The translations under genes and the position numbers were made by a program. This document shows, one piece after another, positions 39,162-52,769 of a DNA stretch of 64,000 nucleotides (position 1 is its first letter; the number at the start of each line of letters is the position of its first letter). The notes under the pieces were generated by a model that did no database searches, was not told where the DNA came from, and saw only the letters and a program-made list of their open reading frames with translations. The DNA comes from Octopus vulgaris (taxonomy: Eukaryota). The stretch covers positions 51,150,001 through 51,214,000 of the forward strand of contig OX597827.1 in NCBI GenBank assembly GCA_951406725.2, written 5' to 3'.

Positions 39162-40736
39162 CTACAATTGGCAAAGAGAAATAGATTCGTTTTTATGAGT
39201 TCGTTTATGGTTATTAAGTGTTGTCTGATGAGAGAAACAGCGATGACAAATATCGCAAGTGTAAGGGCGTTCCCCAGTGTGTATACGTTCATGGTTGCGT
39301 AGCGTACTCTGATGCGCAAATGCCCGAATGCAATAGCGGCACTGATATGGTTTCTCACCTGTGTGTATACGGCTGTGATTACGTAATGTGCTTTGATGTG
39401 CAAATACTCGCATGCAGACCCCACATTGAAATAGTTTGTCACTATTACGCATCAGTTTTGTCCCATCCGTTTGTACATGTGCATGAGTTTGCTCGTGATT
39501 GAGCATTTGTCTCTGTTGAGAAAACAGCTTGCCACATATACCACAGGCAAAAGCCTTAGTTGCTTTGGGATCTAGTGGCACTGTAGACTGCTGCTGTGCT
39601 GGTGGTACCTGGTGTGGTACTTGTTGTGGCATCTGATCCGAATTAGCTTCTCTTTCAGGATTTGGATGATTATGCTGGTTCACAGGCGTGCCCATCATGG
39701 CTGGGGTTTGATTAACAACTGGAGGTTCAGTAGCTGGATTGTGGAGATGAGTTTGTTCGTGATTTCGTAAAGAACTTTCTAATAAAAACCCTTTGTTACA
39801 GAAGCCACAGTTAAAAGGTTTTACTTTTTTTGCAAATGTGCGACGCATGCCGGCAGCCAAATGTGTTTGCTGGTGATTCCGAAGGGTACTTTTATGAGCA
39901 AATGGTTTCAAACAAATCAAGCATTTGAAGAGTTTTTCACCAGAATGTGTGTGCAGGTGATTGCGTAGAGTACTCTTATGGGTAAACAATTTATGACATA
40001 TATTACACTTGTGTCGCTTTATACCCGTATGTATTTGTTCGTGATTCTTAAGAGTTGTCTTGTGTGCAAACAACTTAGAACAAATGGAACACTGGTAAGC
40101 CTTCTCGCCTGTATGTACTTTTTCGTGGTTAATAAGTGTGCTTCGATGTGAAAATGCTCGTAAACAAATAACACAAACAAATGGTCTTTCACCAGTGTGT
40201 GTGCGCATATGATTACGCAGCGTACTTTGATGCGTAAAACAACGCTCACACACAACACATTTGTACGGTCGTTCCCCTGTATGAGTTCGGGTGTGGTTAA
40301 TCAAAGTGGCTTGGTGAGTAAAACGTCTTCCGCAGTAGGGACACTCTAAAGATTTTATCCCTTTATGTATGAGTTCATGACTTCGTAGCTCAGCACGCTG
40401 TGAGAAAGCTTTCATGCAAAAATCACATGTGAAATGGGTTTCATCACTTGGAGCTTTTTCATGATTATTTAAATTAGCTTTCCGTGAAAACCCTTTACGG
40501 CAGATGTTACATTTAAACGGTCTCTTGTTTTCAATTGGCAAACTTGTGTGAAATCGATTACCACCATGAATATCATTTTTTGCAAGAGAAGCAGTATGGT
40601 CAACAAAGGATGGAGCAGTTACAGATGTGCTAGCTGTTATTTTGTTACTTATTGGGTTTTCATTGTTGTTGTGACAAAGAGAGTAATTTTCAAAGAACTG
40701 ATTACCAACTTGATACACATTCTGAACTGAATACAT
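39162..40736 (-). CDS. C2H2 zinc finger protein, 524 aa, 13 fingers (first one lacks the final His)
   Basis: Intact intron-less ORF with tandem TGERP/TGEKP-linked fingers and a Gln/Pro-rich spacer. Confidence 0.96.
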   Translation of the reverse strand: MYSVQNVYQVGNQFFENYSLCHNNNENPISNKITASTSVTAPSFVDHTASLAKNDIHGGNRFHTSLPIENKRPFKCNICRKGFSRKANLNNHEKAPSDETHFTCDFCMKAFSQRAELRSHELIHKGIKSLECPYCGRRFTHQATLINHTRTHTGERPYKCVVCERCFTHQSTLRNHMRTHTGERPFVCVICLRAFSHRSTLINHEKVHTGEKAYQCSICSKLFAHKTTLKNHEQIHTGIKRHKCNICHKLFTHKSTLRNHLHTHSGEKLFKCLICLKPFAHKSTLRNHQQTHLAAGMRRTFAKKVKPFNCGFCNKGFLLESSLRNHEQTHLHNPATEPPVVNQTPAMMGTPVNQHNHPNPEREANSDQMPQQVPHQVPPAQQQSTVPLDPKATKAFACGICGKLFSQQRQMLNHEQTHAHVQTDGTKLMRNSDKLFQCGVCMRVFAHQSTLRNHSRIHTGEKPYQCRYCIRAFAHQSTLRNHERIHTGERPYTCDICHRCFSHQTTLNNHKRTHKNESISLCQL

Positions 40737-41997
40737 AGTAAGCTCAAAATTAAGTACAGAAAGAATTACAGTGCAGCCTCTGAATTAATAGTACTGATTT
40801 GAATGCTGCATCTACATTTAAAGGGTTTGTTTTTTCATATATATTGAGATGTGAAATTTAAGTATACATTACTTAGAGTGTGTCAGAGAGAGGGAGAGAG
40901 AGAGAGAGAGAGAGAAAATTGGTTTGCTGTTGTTTTGTTCTTCAATATTTTACAACTTTGCAAAAATGGTTTTCAAATTCTGAGATCCCCAAATCCAATC
41001 TTTGGTAAGAAATGATTTCTTTATAGTGAGCTGCATTGTTTTTTATGAATAATTTGCTCATTTCCCAAAGACAGCAAAAGAGTTTACATCCAAAAGTCAA
41101 TATATGTACCTGAAACAAATGGAAAGAAAATATCAGAAACCTCATAATTACAAAATTTAAAAAAAAAAAAAAAAAAAAAACAATATCAAAGTACTAATGT
41201 CAGCTTCAATTTATTTTTATCATGGTTAAGTTATTGGCTTATGCTAGTAGTGATTCAACAGTTGCATAAATAACAAGTTTTCTATAACAGAAAAGATTAA
41301 TATGTTCTGGTTGAAATTGCTAGAACAAAAATTTCCATGTGAGGAGCTAAGAAATGTAGAAGAACTGGATTCGGCAGAACAAATAATGAGATGAGCAATG
41401 CATTTGGCGGGATTAGATACAGAATTAGTAGCTTCGGAAAACAATAAATCACTGTAGTGACTTAAAGAAGGCAAATTCTTTTGTGTGGACTAACACTAAC
41501 AATTTTTTTTTTTTGGTCAGTCAGTGTTATTTCCTATTTGTTTCTATCTAGAAATCAAAGAAGATGGCTACTATTCCCTTCAAACTTTGCTTTTGTGACC
41601 TGGACATCAATGTTTCGAAACTGACCTATTTTCCATTACATTTCAAACAGACTCAGTGCTGAGTTGGTGAAGCAGAAATATCATTACAACAAATCTTCTG
41701 CTCAATACTACAGATATGCTTGTCAGTTGCTTGAGCTTAACTAGTTGAGCATGTCCCTTAGTGGCTGATAATATGTGCATCTCTGGTCACGAGCAGGAGT
41801 AGTTGGGGAGCATCATAGCCTCATGTTGAGAGGGATTTTTTGGGGTTTAAATAAATATCATAGCAAAAGAGAAGTTTGAAGTAAATATTAGCCATTTTTC
41901 ATACTTTCAAGGGGTAAGTAAATATGAAATAAGTTATTACCCAAGGACAAAAATTGTGTTACACAATGTAATTTATATACACACAGGGTAATGGATA

Positions 41998-42328
41998 AAG
42001 ATCCCCTTTGAGTCTTGAATGACCATGGGATTGCATCTAGAAAGTTACCCTCCAAGGCACAAATCTGGGCAAGGTTGTTTATGGAAGACCAGCAGTCGCC
42101 CATGCATACCAGCTTCCCCTCTCTATGCCACCAATGTTATCCAAGGGAAAGACAAAGGCTGATACAGCTCGGCACACTGATGTCGCAACTCATTTCTACA
42201 GTTGAGTGAACTGGAGCAACATGAAATAAAGTGTCTTACTCAAGAATACAACACTCAGCCCAGTCCAGAAATCAAACTCACTACCTTGTGATTGTGAGCC
42301 CAATGCTCTAACCACTGAGCCACGTGGC
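41998..42328 (-). mobile_element. tRNA-derived SINE, family D
   Basis: Reverse-complement homolog of 45803-46128. Confidence 0.8.
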
Positions 42329-42333
42329 TTTAG

Positions 42334-42387
<54 letters not shown>

Positions 42388-42409
42388 CATACTTGGTGGC
42401 ACATAAGAT

Positions 42410-43140
42410 ATACTCTTGCATAAGAAACTTCCCTAATTTACTAGATTTTGTAGAAAAAAGATATTTTAAAGTGGTTTAGTAAGGAAAAAGTATGATTCTG
42501 TGCATGAAAATACAATATTGCAGCAGTATAGTGGAATAACATATGAAATCATAAAACATGAGATTTAAAGGTTAGTGTGAAGTCATGTTATATTAGTGGT
42601 TTCTTCTTTTCCAAAGTTATTAATTCTATACTTAATCCCTCCAAATGTTTTGCTTGTATCATTTTTTATTCCACCAAATTCATTTCTTCTACAATTTCTT
42701 TCTTCTTAAGCTCCGCACATGGAATTTTTTTTTGTTCTAGCCACTTCAACCAAAATTAAATTTGCCATAGCAATAGAGAAATAAATTGGTGTCAATGAAT
42801 CCTGAAAGCAAAATTCCTTTAAATATCAGTACACAGCAAGCATCAGAAAAAAAAAAAACCCAAAAAACTAAATGTATTGTAACAAAAGGCTTAATTAATG
42901 ATAACAAAATGTAGAAAATCATCATCTGAGAAGCTAAATCAGCATCTGCAAAACACGGAGACTTATTCTCACTGTTGGCATCAGTATTACTCTCTTCATC
43001 ACCAGAATTCTCTGCAAGTAGAACTGTGTTATCAATATCTTTCTCAAACACTAAATCATCCTCATTACCATTAGGATTATTACTAATGCCACATTTTCTT
43101 AAATGATTTCACGAATACCCTTTCTTTTATAACATCCCAT
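42410..43140 (-). mobile_element. pogo/Tigger-like DNA transposon remnant
   Basis: The minus strand reads FKKMWH/CGISNNPNGNEDDLVF, resembling the pogo transposase C-terminus. An inverted homolog lies at about 41230-41480. Confidence 0.5.
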
Positions 43141-43212
43141 AACACTCAAACAGTTCTATAGGCTTTTTTTTTTATTAGGTGTCAAATCATATATACACAC
43201 ATTAGATACATA

Positions 43213-44242
43213 CACAGGTTGGACAAAATTTGACAATTTGCTTAAAAGGAAAAGAAAACAATATGCCACCTAAATATAAGGGTTTTTTTTAAATATAAAA
43301 AAAATATCAACTAGATGATGGCTGGGAGATAATAGTTGACTCAAAGTAGCCACCCTCAGCTTCCATCATGACTTCAAGACAGCTCTGGAATCTGATGCAT
43401 GTGTTCCTCACTGAGTCCCTAGTGAGGTCAAGTACCTCCTTGACTTTGGCCATCAGCTCAGGCTTGGTGTTGCAGGCAGAGCAGTTTGTGTCTTTCTCAA
43501 CCATGCCCCCACACAAAGCAATTCATAGGATTACAATTGGAGGAATTAGAAGGTCAAAAATTGGGATTGTTGAAGTTGTAGAAACAACAACTTCTGGCTC
43601 ATACCAGAGGTACAGCAAGGACCTGAATCCTGTTGCTATACATATGGCTTTCCAGCAGCAACTTTCTCCAGTCGGGGATTGATCAGTCTCCAGCAGCTTC
43701 TGTTTGAATGAAGCCTAAGGCCTTATCTTGCCGCTGTTGGATGAATTCTAGCATGCAGGCACTGTCAGAATGCTCTGTGTCCCTTTCTGCTGGCCACAAC
43801 TTCACAGTCTCGGTTACAGCTGTCCATGTCACATCTTACAACTTTTATAATGCTCACAGAGAATTGAACAACAGTAATATAAGGTTGTCCCAAAAGTTTG
43901 TAGAAAGTCTTGGAAAATAATGGTCTTTATTTTGAGGAATAATTTTTGTTGTTTTTGTTAGTACTTGGCGAGTAAAAATTCAATTTTCGCAAGTGTTTAC
44001 GAACTTTTGGGACAACCTAATAATATCAGTATTTTGATTACCCAGCACAAATCAACATGATGCAGGTAACTCTTTTCCAATATGCAGATGACTTCAAGTC
44101 CTGCATGTCAGCTAATTTTTTTTCTCAACTACAACTTTAATCTTTATGCTCTCCAACACTGATAATTGTTCACTAATACATCAAGCAGTTCCTAAAAAAA
44201 GGAGACATGAAAAATTGTCAAATTTATCCCGAACACCCTGTA
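43213..44242 (-). mobile_element. Tc1/mariner-superfamily remnant with nested mariner-type MITE (43878-44022)
   Basis: Outer TIRs CAGG..GGACAAAATTTGACAATTT / AAATTGTCAAATTTATCC..CCCTGTA and a transposase C-terminus (CIRFQSCLEVMMEAEGGYFE). Inner TIRs AGGTTGTCCCAAAAGTT / AACTTTTGGGACAACCT. Confidence 0.7.
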
Positions 44243-45802
44243 TGTATACATATATATATAAATAACTTATAGTAGAGTAAGTTGTGGAAGAGGAAGACGT
44301 AGGAAGACATGAGATGAAGTATTAAAGGTTGATCTCTAAACACTGAGCCTTATAAACAAGATGCAAGAGGACTGAGATATGTGGCACACTGCTTTACTCA
44401 AGAAAACCGATCCACCACAACAGAAATGATATCCTAAAACCGAGGTGCCACATAAAAAGCACCCAGTACAGTTTGTAAGGTGGTTGGCAACCAAAACAGA
44501 CTATGGAATCTGTGTGGCCCCTGGCCTTGACAGATCCTGTCAAGTCGTCCAACCTATGCCAGCATGGACATTAAATGATGATCTATTATTTAATAACAGT
44601 TTGTCTCAGCTGTATGCAACTTCAGATATTGTAGGTTCATAGAATGAATATATCATCACGAATCTAGATGCTATAGAGGAAATATAAGGATACTCCACAT
44701 TATATAAGGGTGGATGGGAGTAGTTGGAAGGAAGGTAAATATAGTGGTGATGATGTGTCTAAGAGTACTCTCAAGGTATATGAAGGAGAGTAGAGAGAGA
44801 ACACAGACAGAGGATCAGAAAGGGTGAGTAGTATATTCCTAAATGCATTCGGGGAGAGTGACAAATGGGTAGGTATGGGTGAGATATGGTCAATAGTAAG
44901 TATTGGTATGGGGTTGAGGTGGGGTGAAAAATATAGGAGTGACTCAGGAAGGAGGTGATAATTGGTAGAAATGGAAGGTTGAAGAGCAGCATCATAAGCC
45001 TGTATATAGATGAACAAAGTAGAGAGATAATGTGGAGAGTGTGAGTGATGTAGAGATATCATACTAAGGTAAGTAACAACCACAAAAGATTGCTATATTA
45101 GCATCCATAATGTTGAATTTTTATTTCTCCAGTAGTCTCTGTAGATTCATTCTTCCTACCAATACCTTTTGTGAGTTGTTTCAAAGTTGTTCTTGAATAA
45201 TATAGGTTGGAGTTAGCTGTAATACCTTGGTAAACTTTTTTGTTTGAATATCAAATCAAAGGATAGATCAAACTTAGCACAGTACTTGAAAACACTTAGA
45301 TTTTCAGAGTGATACACTGTTAAGCATTTTGCCCAGTGTGCTAACGATTCTGCCAGCTTAAAAAGGTTTAAGCTGGTGCTGATTTTTCTTCATTAGAAAT
45401 AAAAGTATAAGCAGAATGTGCTTCCAGTAAAACCAAGGTTCCCACTAAAAAAACCTGTGTTCAACTTAAATATTAGCCAAAAGCCTGACAAAACAATTTC
45501 AAGGTTTCAGTAGCAGATTTGCTGAGCACCATGCAAAATTTGATATAAGCATGTTACTCTAATTTCAGCAACACTAAAAGTTAGTCCTTTTAAACGTTAC
45601 AAAACCTTGCATAATGACTGAACCAGAACAAACAACATGAAACATACAGGTAGACTTGGTTACCAATGATCATCATCTGTACGTTTAGTCGAGAAACCTT
45701 GTGTATTTTCCCTTGTTATTTACCTATATCTAAAATGAATTCTGAGTTTACAGCCTGCCAGGACTTTTCACTTCTCAAATAATCATAAATAATGATTTAT
45801 CA

Positions 45803-46128
45803 TGGCTCAGTGGTTAGAGCATCGAGCTTACGATCGTGAGGTTGTGAGCTCGAATCCCGGACTGGGCTGCGTGTTGTGTTCTTGAGCAAGGCACTTTATT
45901 TCACGTTGCTCCAGTTCACTCAGCTGTAGAAATGAGTTGCGACGTCACTGGTGCCAAGCTGTATCGACCTTTGTCTTTCCCTTGGATAACACTGGTGGCG
46001 TGGAGAGGGGAGGCTGGTATGCATGGGCAACTGCTGGTCTTCCATAAACAACCTCGCTCGGACTTGTGTCTAGGAGGGTAACTTTCTAGGCGCAATCCCA
46101 TGGTCTGTGTCGTGACCGAAGGGGGTCT
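45803..46128 (+). mobile_element. tRNA-derived SINE, family D
   Basis: A-box TGGCTCAGTGG, B-box GCTCGAATCC, GTGTTCTTGAGCAAGGCACTT core. Confidence 0.85.
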
Positions 46129-48269
46129 CCGATTATTAGTGCTACTATCAATGCTTAGTTTACCTCAGATAGCATATTTCCTTTTTGGCTTCATCTGAAG
46201 TTTGATATTGTACTTCACTTTCACTCACTTCTGTGGAACAAAATTCTCTTACTGCAACACAGTTATTTGTCTTTTCCATGTTCATCTTTGAAGAACTAGA
46301 GTTGACTTTTACATGAAATCTATGGGAAAAAATTTCAGACTTTTGACCAAAAGTAGGGATTGACTTTTACCTGCAGTCAACTTTCACACAAGTATATACC
46401 CTAGCTTAACTATATTTCAGTAGATAACATGTGAAAATATTAATGTCTATAATCCAAGAAATGCACAAACTATTAAAAGAAAGAGAGAGAGAAATCATTG
46501 AATCCATCATTTATTGTTGTGTCATCTGCTCTCAGAAGGTTGAATGTCAAGGATCTCCATTTGAGTGTTTTCTCTGCCACTTCTTACACATTCACTGCAT
46601 AGAAAGCAATTAAACCTTAAAGAATATATATTTAGTAAAGTAACCATTTACTAACTTTAATTTTAAATCAGTAAAAATATAACTGAATAAAGAAATAAGA
46701 TAACTTAGCTGCCACTACTGGTTTCAACTAAATTTCAGAGATTTAAATTAAGATATTGTGACAAAGAATAAGTTTTAATATAATATTTTTAAAATGATTG
46801 AAATGTTTAATACATCATTCTTCTAATATAAAAAAAAATTGATAAGTAATTTTTTTTAATTATACACAAATTCATGCAGTCATATAAATGAGTAACAAAA
46901 GTAGGAAGTTAAACTAGAAGGCACAGAAGTATAGTTATGTTAGTAGAAGGTATCAATTCGATGTCAACATCTTGCAAGAATAAAAGAAACATAAAAATGT
47001 TGACACAGCATTAAACACGACTAAAATATAAACAGTCCTATGATAATAACCAAATGATAATGTTCTAGAATATGCATTTGAATTTTGTATTCCACTGTTG
47101 GTATCTCAACTTTTTTAGCTTATAACAGTTATGCCTAGTGGAAATTCAGTGCAACTTTAGCATATGGTCTAAGGTAGTATCCATAACCTACACAGAGAAA
47201 TGACCTGAACTGGGCTAGGATTAGGGTTAGACTGTACACTAATGTGGTACTAGAAATTCTACAAATCTTTTGCTTAACTCCAGGTTACTTCAGAGATGGA
47301 ACAGAATTTTCTTCCTCTGTGTCCAAAGTGGGATTACAAATTTTATATGTTTTGCTTCTACTGGCAGTATGTATTCTTCCTTCTTGAATACTTGTACTTG
47401 TGAACATACATATCATCATCATCACCATTTAGTGGCCTCAGTTGTGACAGACCTCATATGTCCTCCACATACTTTGAATCACCAACAATCTCTTTTTACT
47501 GAGCTGGCCTGTGTCAAACCATCACTACATTATATACATCAAGAATTTTTTTTACAGGGGAGATGGTGTTGGTACAGGTGAAAGGGTGTTGAGACTGGAG
47601 ATGAAACCGGTAAGGGTGATGAGGAAAAAAGTGAAGAGACAAATGGTTAGTGGGGATGACAAGACAGATGGCAAGTTGGGATGACAAGCTGGTAGAAGGT
47701 AGAGGTGACAAGACTGCAGTGAGTGGAGGTGATAGTGTTGATACAGGTGGTGGCAAGAGGAGGAGATGATGATGAGGGCAGGTGATGGAGAGAACACTCA
47801 AATGAAATAAGGCGAGGAGGTGATGTTAAGATGCGGGTAACACTATAATACATATGCTATTCAATAGTACACTAGAACGAATATGTAACTTCATGTCCCC
47901 CATAATATTACAGTGATAAGATCCATAATATTTAATTCTTCTGGACTACTTTTCTATAAAACTACGAACTATCGTGAATATGTAACCACACTTCACTCGT
48001 GACATTATTACAAACAAGGGCGTATGTTCATGTTCGAATGTATTATATATATCATAAAACATCAAATTATATATATAAAAAAAAAAAAAAAACTACATCA
48101 CTGTACAATAGTCGTGGGCCGTTTGTCAACAACCTATCTATATGTACAATCTAAAACACCGCTACTGCAACAACAAAAATTAGCAAAAATCTACAGCCAC
48201 TAGTAAACTATCTACTAGCTACGATTGAGAAAGAACCCGCCTCTACCACAAAAATATTTTACCGGTATA

Positions 48270-48655
48270 CTACTACAGCTACTACTAATAACAATGTTGC
48301 AGCAATCTACTACTGCCAACAACCACTACCGTCAATAACAATGTTGTAGCAGCCAACTACTAAAACAACTACTATCATCACCTTTACTACTATTACTACT
48401 ACCACCACCACTTTTATTACAACAACAATCAACAGTAACGATGTTGCGGCGGCCTAGTAACAACTACTACTATTATCACCACTACTACTAATGCTGCTGC
48501 AGCGGTCTACTACTAACATAAAAACTATATCACTACCACTGTTTCTAACGTCTTGGTTACAACTGCCTACTACTAACATTACTACTACTACTACTACTAC
48601 GACTACGACTACAGCCAACACCACCACCACTACAACTACTGTTATTAGCACCAAC
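48270..48655. repeat. Degenerate (CTA)n/(CAA)n/(CCA)n low-complexity repeat
   Basis: Direct inspection. Confidence 0.85.
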
Positions 48656-50024
48656 AAAAATCAACACTGGCCTCAGCCATTATAAATTTGCAGCTAGGCG
48701 AGACCCTTAAGTATTGTCAATACAATAATCTGCAGTCACTGTTGTGACGACTGAAAGTTTAAATTTAAAACAACGCTTTCAATTTAAAAACTACCACCCT
48801 CTTACGAAAAAACAGTGTACAAGCACATGAAATTTTATAATTAAAACTCACTTTAAAAGCAACTGTAAATCTATAATGAATCAATAACAAACAAAACACC
48901 TGTCTTGAATTCCTCTTTCAAATAATATCTCGTACAAATAGGACATTCAAATAAAATAGATGTATTTTTTGGCTTCCAGTTTTTAAAATATTTCCGTCAT
49001 TAAATTAGCATTTCATTTGACGAAAATAATGTAAGCTACCTAAAAACGCAATGAAATAAAATATTACAATCAGAGGTAGAAGAGTAAGGCACACCAATTT
49101 GATTTCAACATCAAGTCCATAACAAGAGGTGGCTTGTTTTTTTTTTGTTATTTTTTTTTCAGATAAATTATTTCATTAAATAAATATCCTTTTACTAAAT
49201 GCCTAACTTAAGTGTATCAGAAAGACACTGAGCTTATATATGTATAAGTAAATGAAATCGACTTTTGTAATTTTTGACAGCTATCTAACATAAATGAATA
49301 TGATAGATCTTTCCTGATTTGATGAAACCCAAGCTGACATTCACCCAGTAGCTAAGTTAAATACAGGTGAATATCACCACCTTACGAATTAGGCAACTAA
49401 ACGGATCAAACAAACATATTCCACTCTTTAAACTAAAATGATGATCAAAACTTCAAACATTTGAAGACGACAGCATCCGCTTATTCTTTAAGCATTTCAC
49501 CTCTACGCAAATCTGAAGGCCAAACATTAGCACGTAATTTTCTTTCTTTTTCTCTTCGTTTTTTAAAAATATTTTGTTTTGTTTTATCAATAAATAAAGA
49601 GTAAATAAATATAATCAAACACAGAGTATCACAGAAACATTTGTATATACTCGGGTTAATTGATTTGCAGAAACGCAACTCAAAGAAGGGAACTTAGTTT
49701 TAAACAACGTGAAAAAGATAGGAGGTAAGCGACTTTTAAAAAACACATTTCTCATTTTAAGAAAATCAGATACTTTCAACAAATATTAACAATACTTAAT
49801 TTTCCAAATCGTTATTCCAAATTAATTGTGCAGTTGAACAGAAAGGGAGGGGGCATTGCCAAAAGCTGATTTTTTGCTTAATGGTTCATCAATTTCTGGA
49901 GGAATATCTCCAAGTCGAAATTCATATAAAGCCAAAAAACGAAAAGATTTATGTGAAGCATTTATATTTTTAGGAACAAACAACTTTTCCATCACTTACT
50001 TTGCAATACTTCGAAATTTCTTAC

Positions 50025-50370
50025 CTTTCGTAAACGAAAATAGATTCCGTCGAAGAAACCCAATGTAGTTGTCATAATTACCATTGTCGCTTCTTCGCTA
50101 CATGGCTTTTACTTCGCCAAATTTTATTTTGTAATACACTTGTTTGTTTTTTTTTATTTTTAAATTTCGTGTGATAATTATAAACAATCATTTGAAAGAA
50201 GTAGAGAAAACATTGAAAACTCCAAATAAATATTGATGGAGGAAGCTCAGCTTAATACTGCCGACGGCGGTAGCGGCGTCCAGAATTTGTAAAGAGCTAC
50301 TAAGGGAAGATAACTGAAACCGGGACGAACTAGGTTTGTCGCCGACTGCTCTTCTCCCCATATCTGTCTC
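50025..50370 (-). other. Putative first exon of the zinc-finger gene at 40736
   Basis: Minus-strand donor CGAAAG|GTAAGA at 50025/50024 in a CpG-rich region. Acceptor TTTTCTTTCCATTTGTTTCAG| at 41110. The exon 5' end is a guess. Confidence 0.45.
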
Positions 50371-52769
50371 GCACACAGGGTGTGTTCCTTCTCTTTAATT
50401 CTGTAAGAAAGGACAAATCTCAATCCTTATATATATTAAAAAAAAAAAAATCAATTTCCTTTCTCCAAGCAATTACTTTTTCTATTTAAAAATCGAGCTT
50501 ACACTCATATCTTCCAAACTATGAATTATATCTACAAAAATAAACGACCAAAAAAAAAAAAAACCCGTTTTCCTTCTGTGCATATATACGTGATTATGTT
50601 TTATGCACGGTAAACTGAATAAACACTTGAGAAGTAACAATCAAGTTCTTTTTTGCAATGCATCAGTCAATCCAATAATGCTTGTGGTAATACAGCTGTA
50701 TTGTGATCCAACTTATAGACGTTAGGTACCAATTATTACGCTGCAGGAAAAAAATGTAGAAAGTACAAACAAAAGTGTACTCGATACACTGGAGTAGCTA
50801 ACACTATGATCGGTCATTTACAGTCTGCCCATATGGCTCACATTAGGTGAAACAATTATACTAATTACAAGTTGGAGTTAGAACGAAGTATGGAACGGAA
50901 AATAAGAAGTAAATGGAAAAGGTCTGCTACAGATGAGGAACAACGAAGTGAATTTGATCCGTTGTATGTGAGATATGAGAAAGATTGGCACAAGTGAATC
51001 GAGGAAGTAACTGATCGGCTGTGGATGATGTATGAAGGAGAAACATCTGTATTAGTACGGACTTGTAACGTGACTGCTTGACGCATATTTGGTGAAAATA
51101 TGCTGTAATTTGACAGTGCAACTACACACGTACCAAGTGAGAGTTTTCGAATCAGTTACATTGGGAACTGACATGAAACAATATCAACATGCTTGCAGAG
51201 ATGTGTTGCAGATACACGAAGCATATGCTGAAATTGATGACGAGGAGAAACTGGACAATTCTGAGTAATCTGTTGTAATATAAGAATTATGTTACGCATT
51301 TGTTAAAAGTTCTCTGCTAGTTGTGTTGTCATAATTTTAATTGCATCATTGAACAATATATTTCGTTGGTACAATGGGCAATAAATATAAATGACTTCTT
51401 GCTTAAGCAATTGTTTCATGATATTTTTGAGGAATGTTTTTTTCCATGGCCACTAGTTTTTTGTCTTATACATAGATCAGGGTCATTGTTATAAACAGGT
51501 AACGCTATGCCTTTATTAGTTCAATAGTTATGCCAATTTGCGATTTTGCATATAAAATGCTGGAGCACGATTGTCTAACGAATTCCTCATTCAGTTTATT
51601 TTAGTGGGAAAGCAGAACAAGTGATCCCAACCCTACAACAGATTAACGTACAAAGCTCAGCTGGGGTTTTCTGTGATTTATACCACCGTCATTCGTTCAG
51701 TAAAAACCATGCCATAATGTGTACCATCATGCAAAAACCAATACAATATTTGGTACGCTCCAATATCTAAAAGGAAAATATCTATAGTTATTTATATAGT
51801 TTAATATTTCCAGGAAAACTATAGTTTTTCCAGTAATCATTGAGTAGACACAAAAAAGTAACTATGTTCTCGATCTGTAAATTAGGTCTTGGACAGTTTT
51901 TCTCTAGATCTACACACTTTTTGAGAAATTCCAGTTGTGATGAACAAGTGAATGTAGGACACATGACAAACCAGTATCTATTCGGAAACCTTTTCACAGT
52001 TATTCTGCAACCATAGAGACAATGCGAAGGGTGTGGAAAGAACAGTTCAAAAAGACCTTGGAAGCAACTTTGGTCACCACCAACCGCAACAGGTGAGACT
52101 TACTGATTTAATTCAAGTGACACCAGCTTTTTCACTAAACGTCTAACATATACGAAGATAATAAAACAACAAATGATGAATCTATATAACACAAAACTAT
52201 GCCAGCGCCGTCTGTACAACGACAGAATCTCCGTAACACATATTGACACCTGTCTCCAAAGAATGAAACCGAGCCAGACACGCTCATCTTCCTAATATTC
52301 TAACTAACCAAAGGGTTTAACCTTCCACTTCTGATCGAAATATAACTTCGTACTTTTCATTCAACAGAAATCAAATCACTAAATCTAAGCTAGAAACGAT
52401 ACTGCAAATATTATTTTTGTTCATAGTGCTACATCTATTCATACATTACCGTTCTTTGTTCTACAAAAATCTGCCCGAGTTATTAGTGTACCTGCTCTAT
52501 AATATTGCGCTTATATCCTACCATACACTATTGCAGTATACTCATGCGTTGTTTATATACCACTGCTGTATAGCAGTGTAATTCTATAATCGCACAGCTG
52601 AAGACTGATACCTTTTGTTGTCATTTGTTTTACATTGCAAACATTTAAAGTAATACTGTAGAACAATTTGAGACGAAGCATACTTACCACGGACACTTGT
52701 GAATCACATTAGTTTGCTGTCTGTAGATATAATCTGTGTATTTCATATAATAAACACAATAATTACTAA

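Noticed and set aside
45803-45866. tRNA-like sequence (also at 13283 and 61639)
   Set aside because: A/B boxes are present but there is no closing acceptor stem, and the sequence continues into a multi-copy SINE body.
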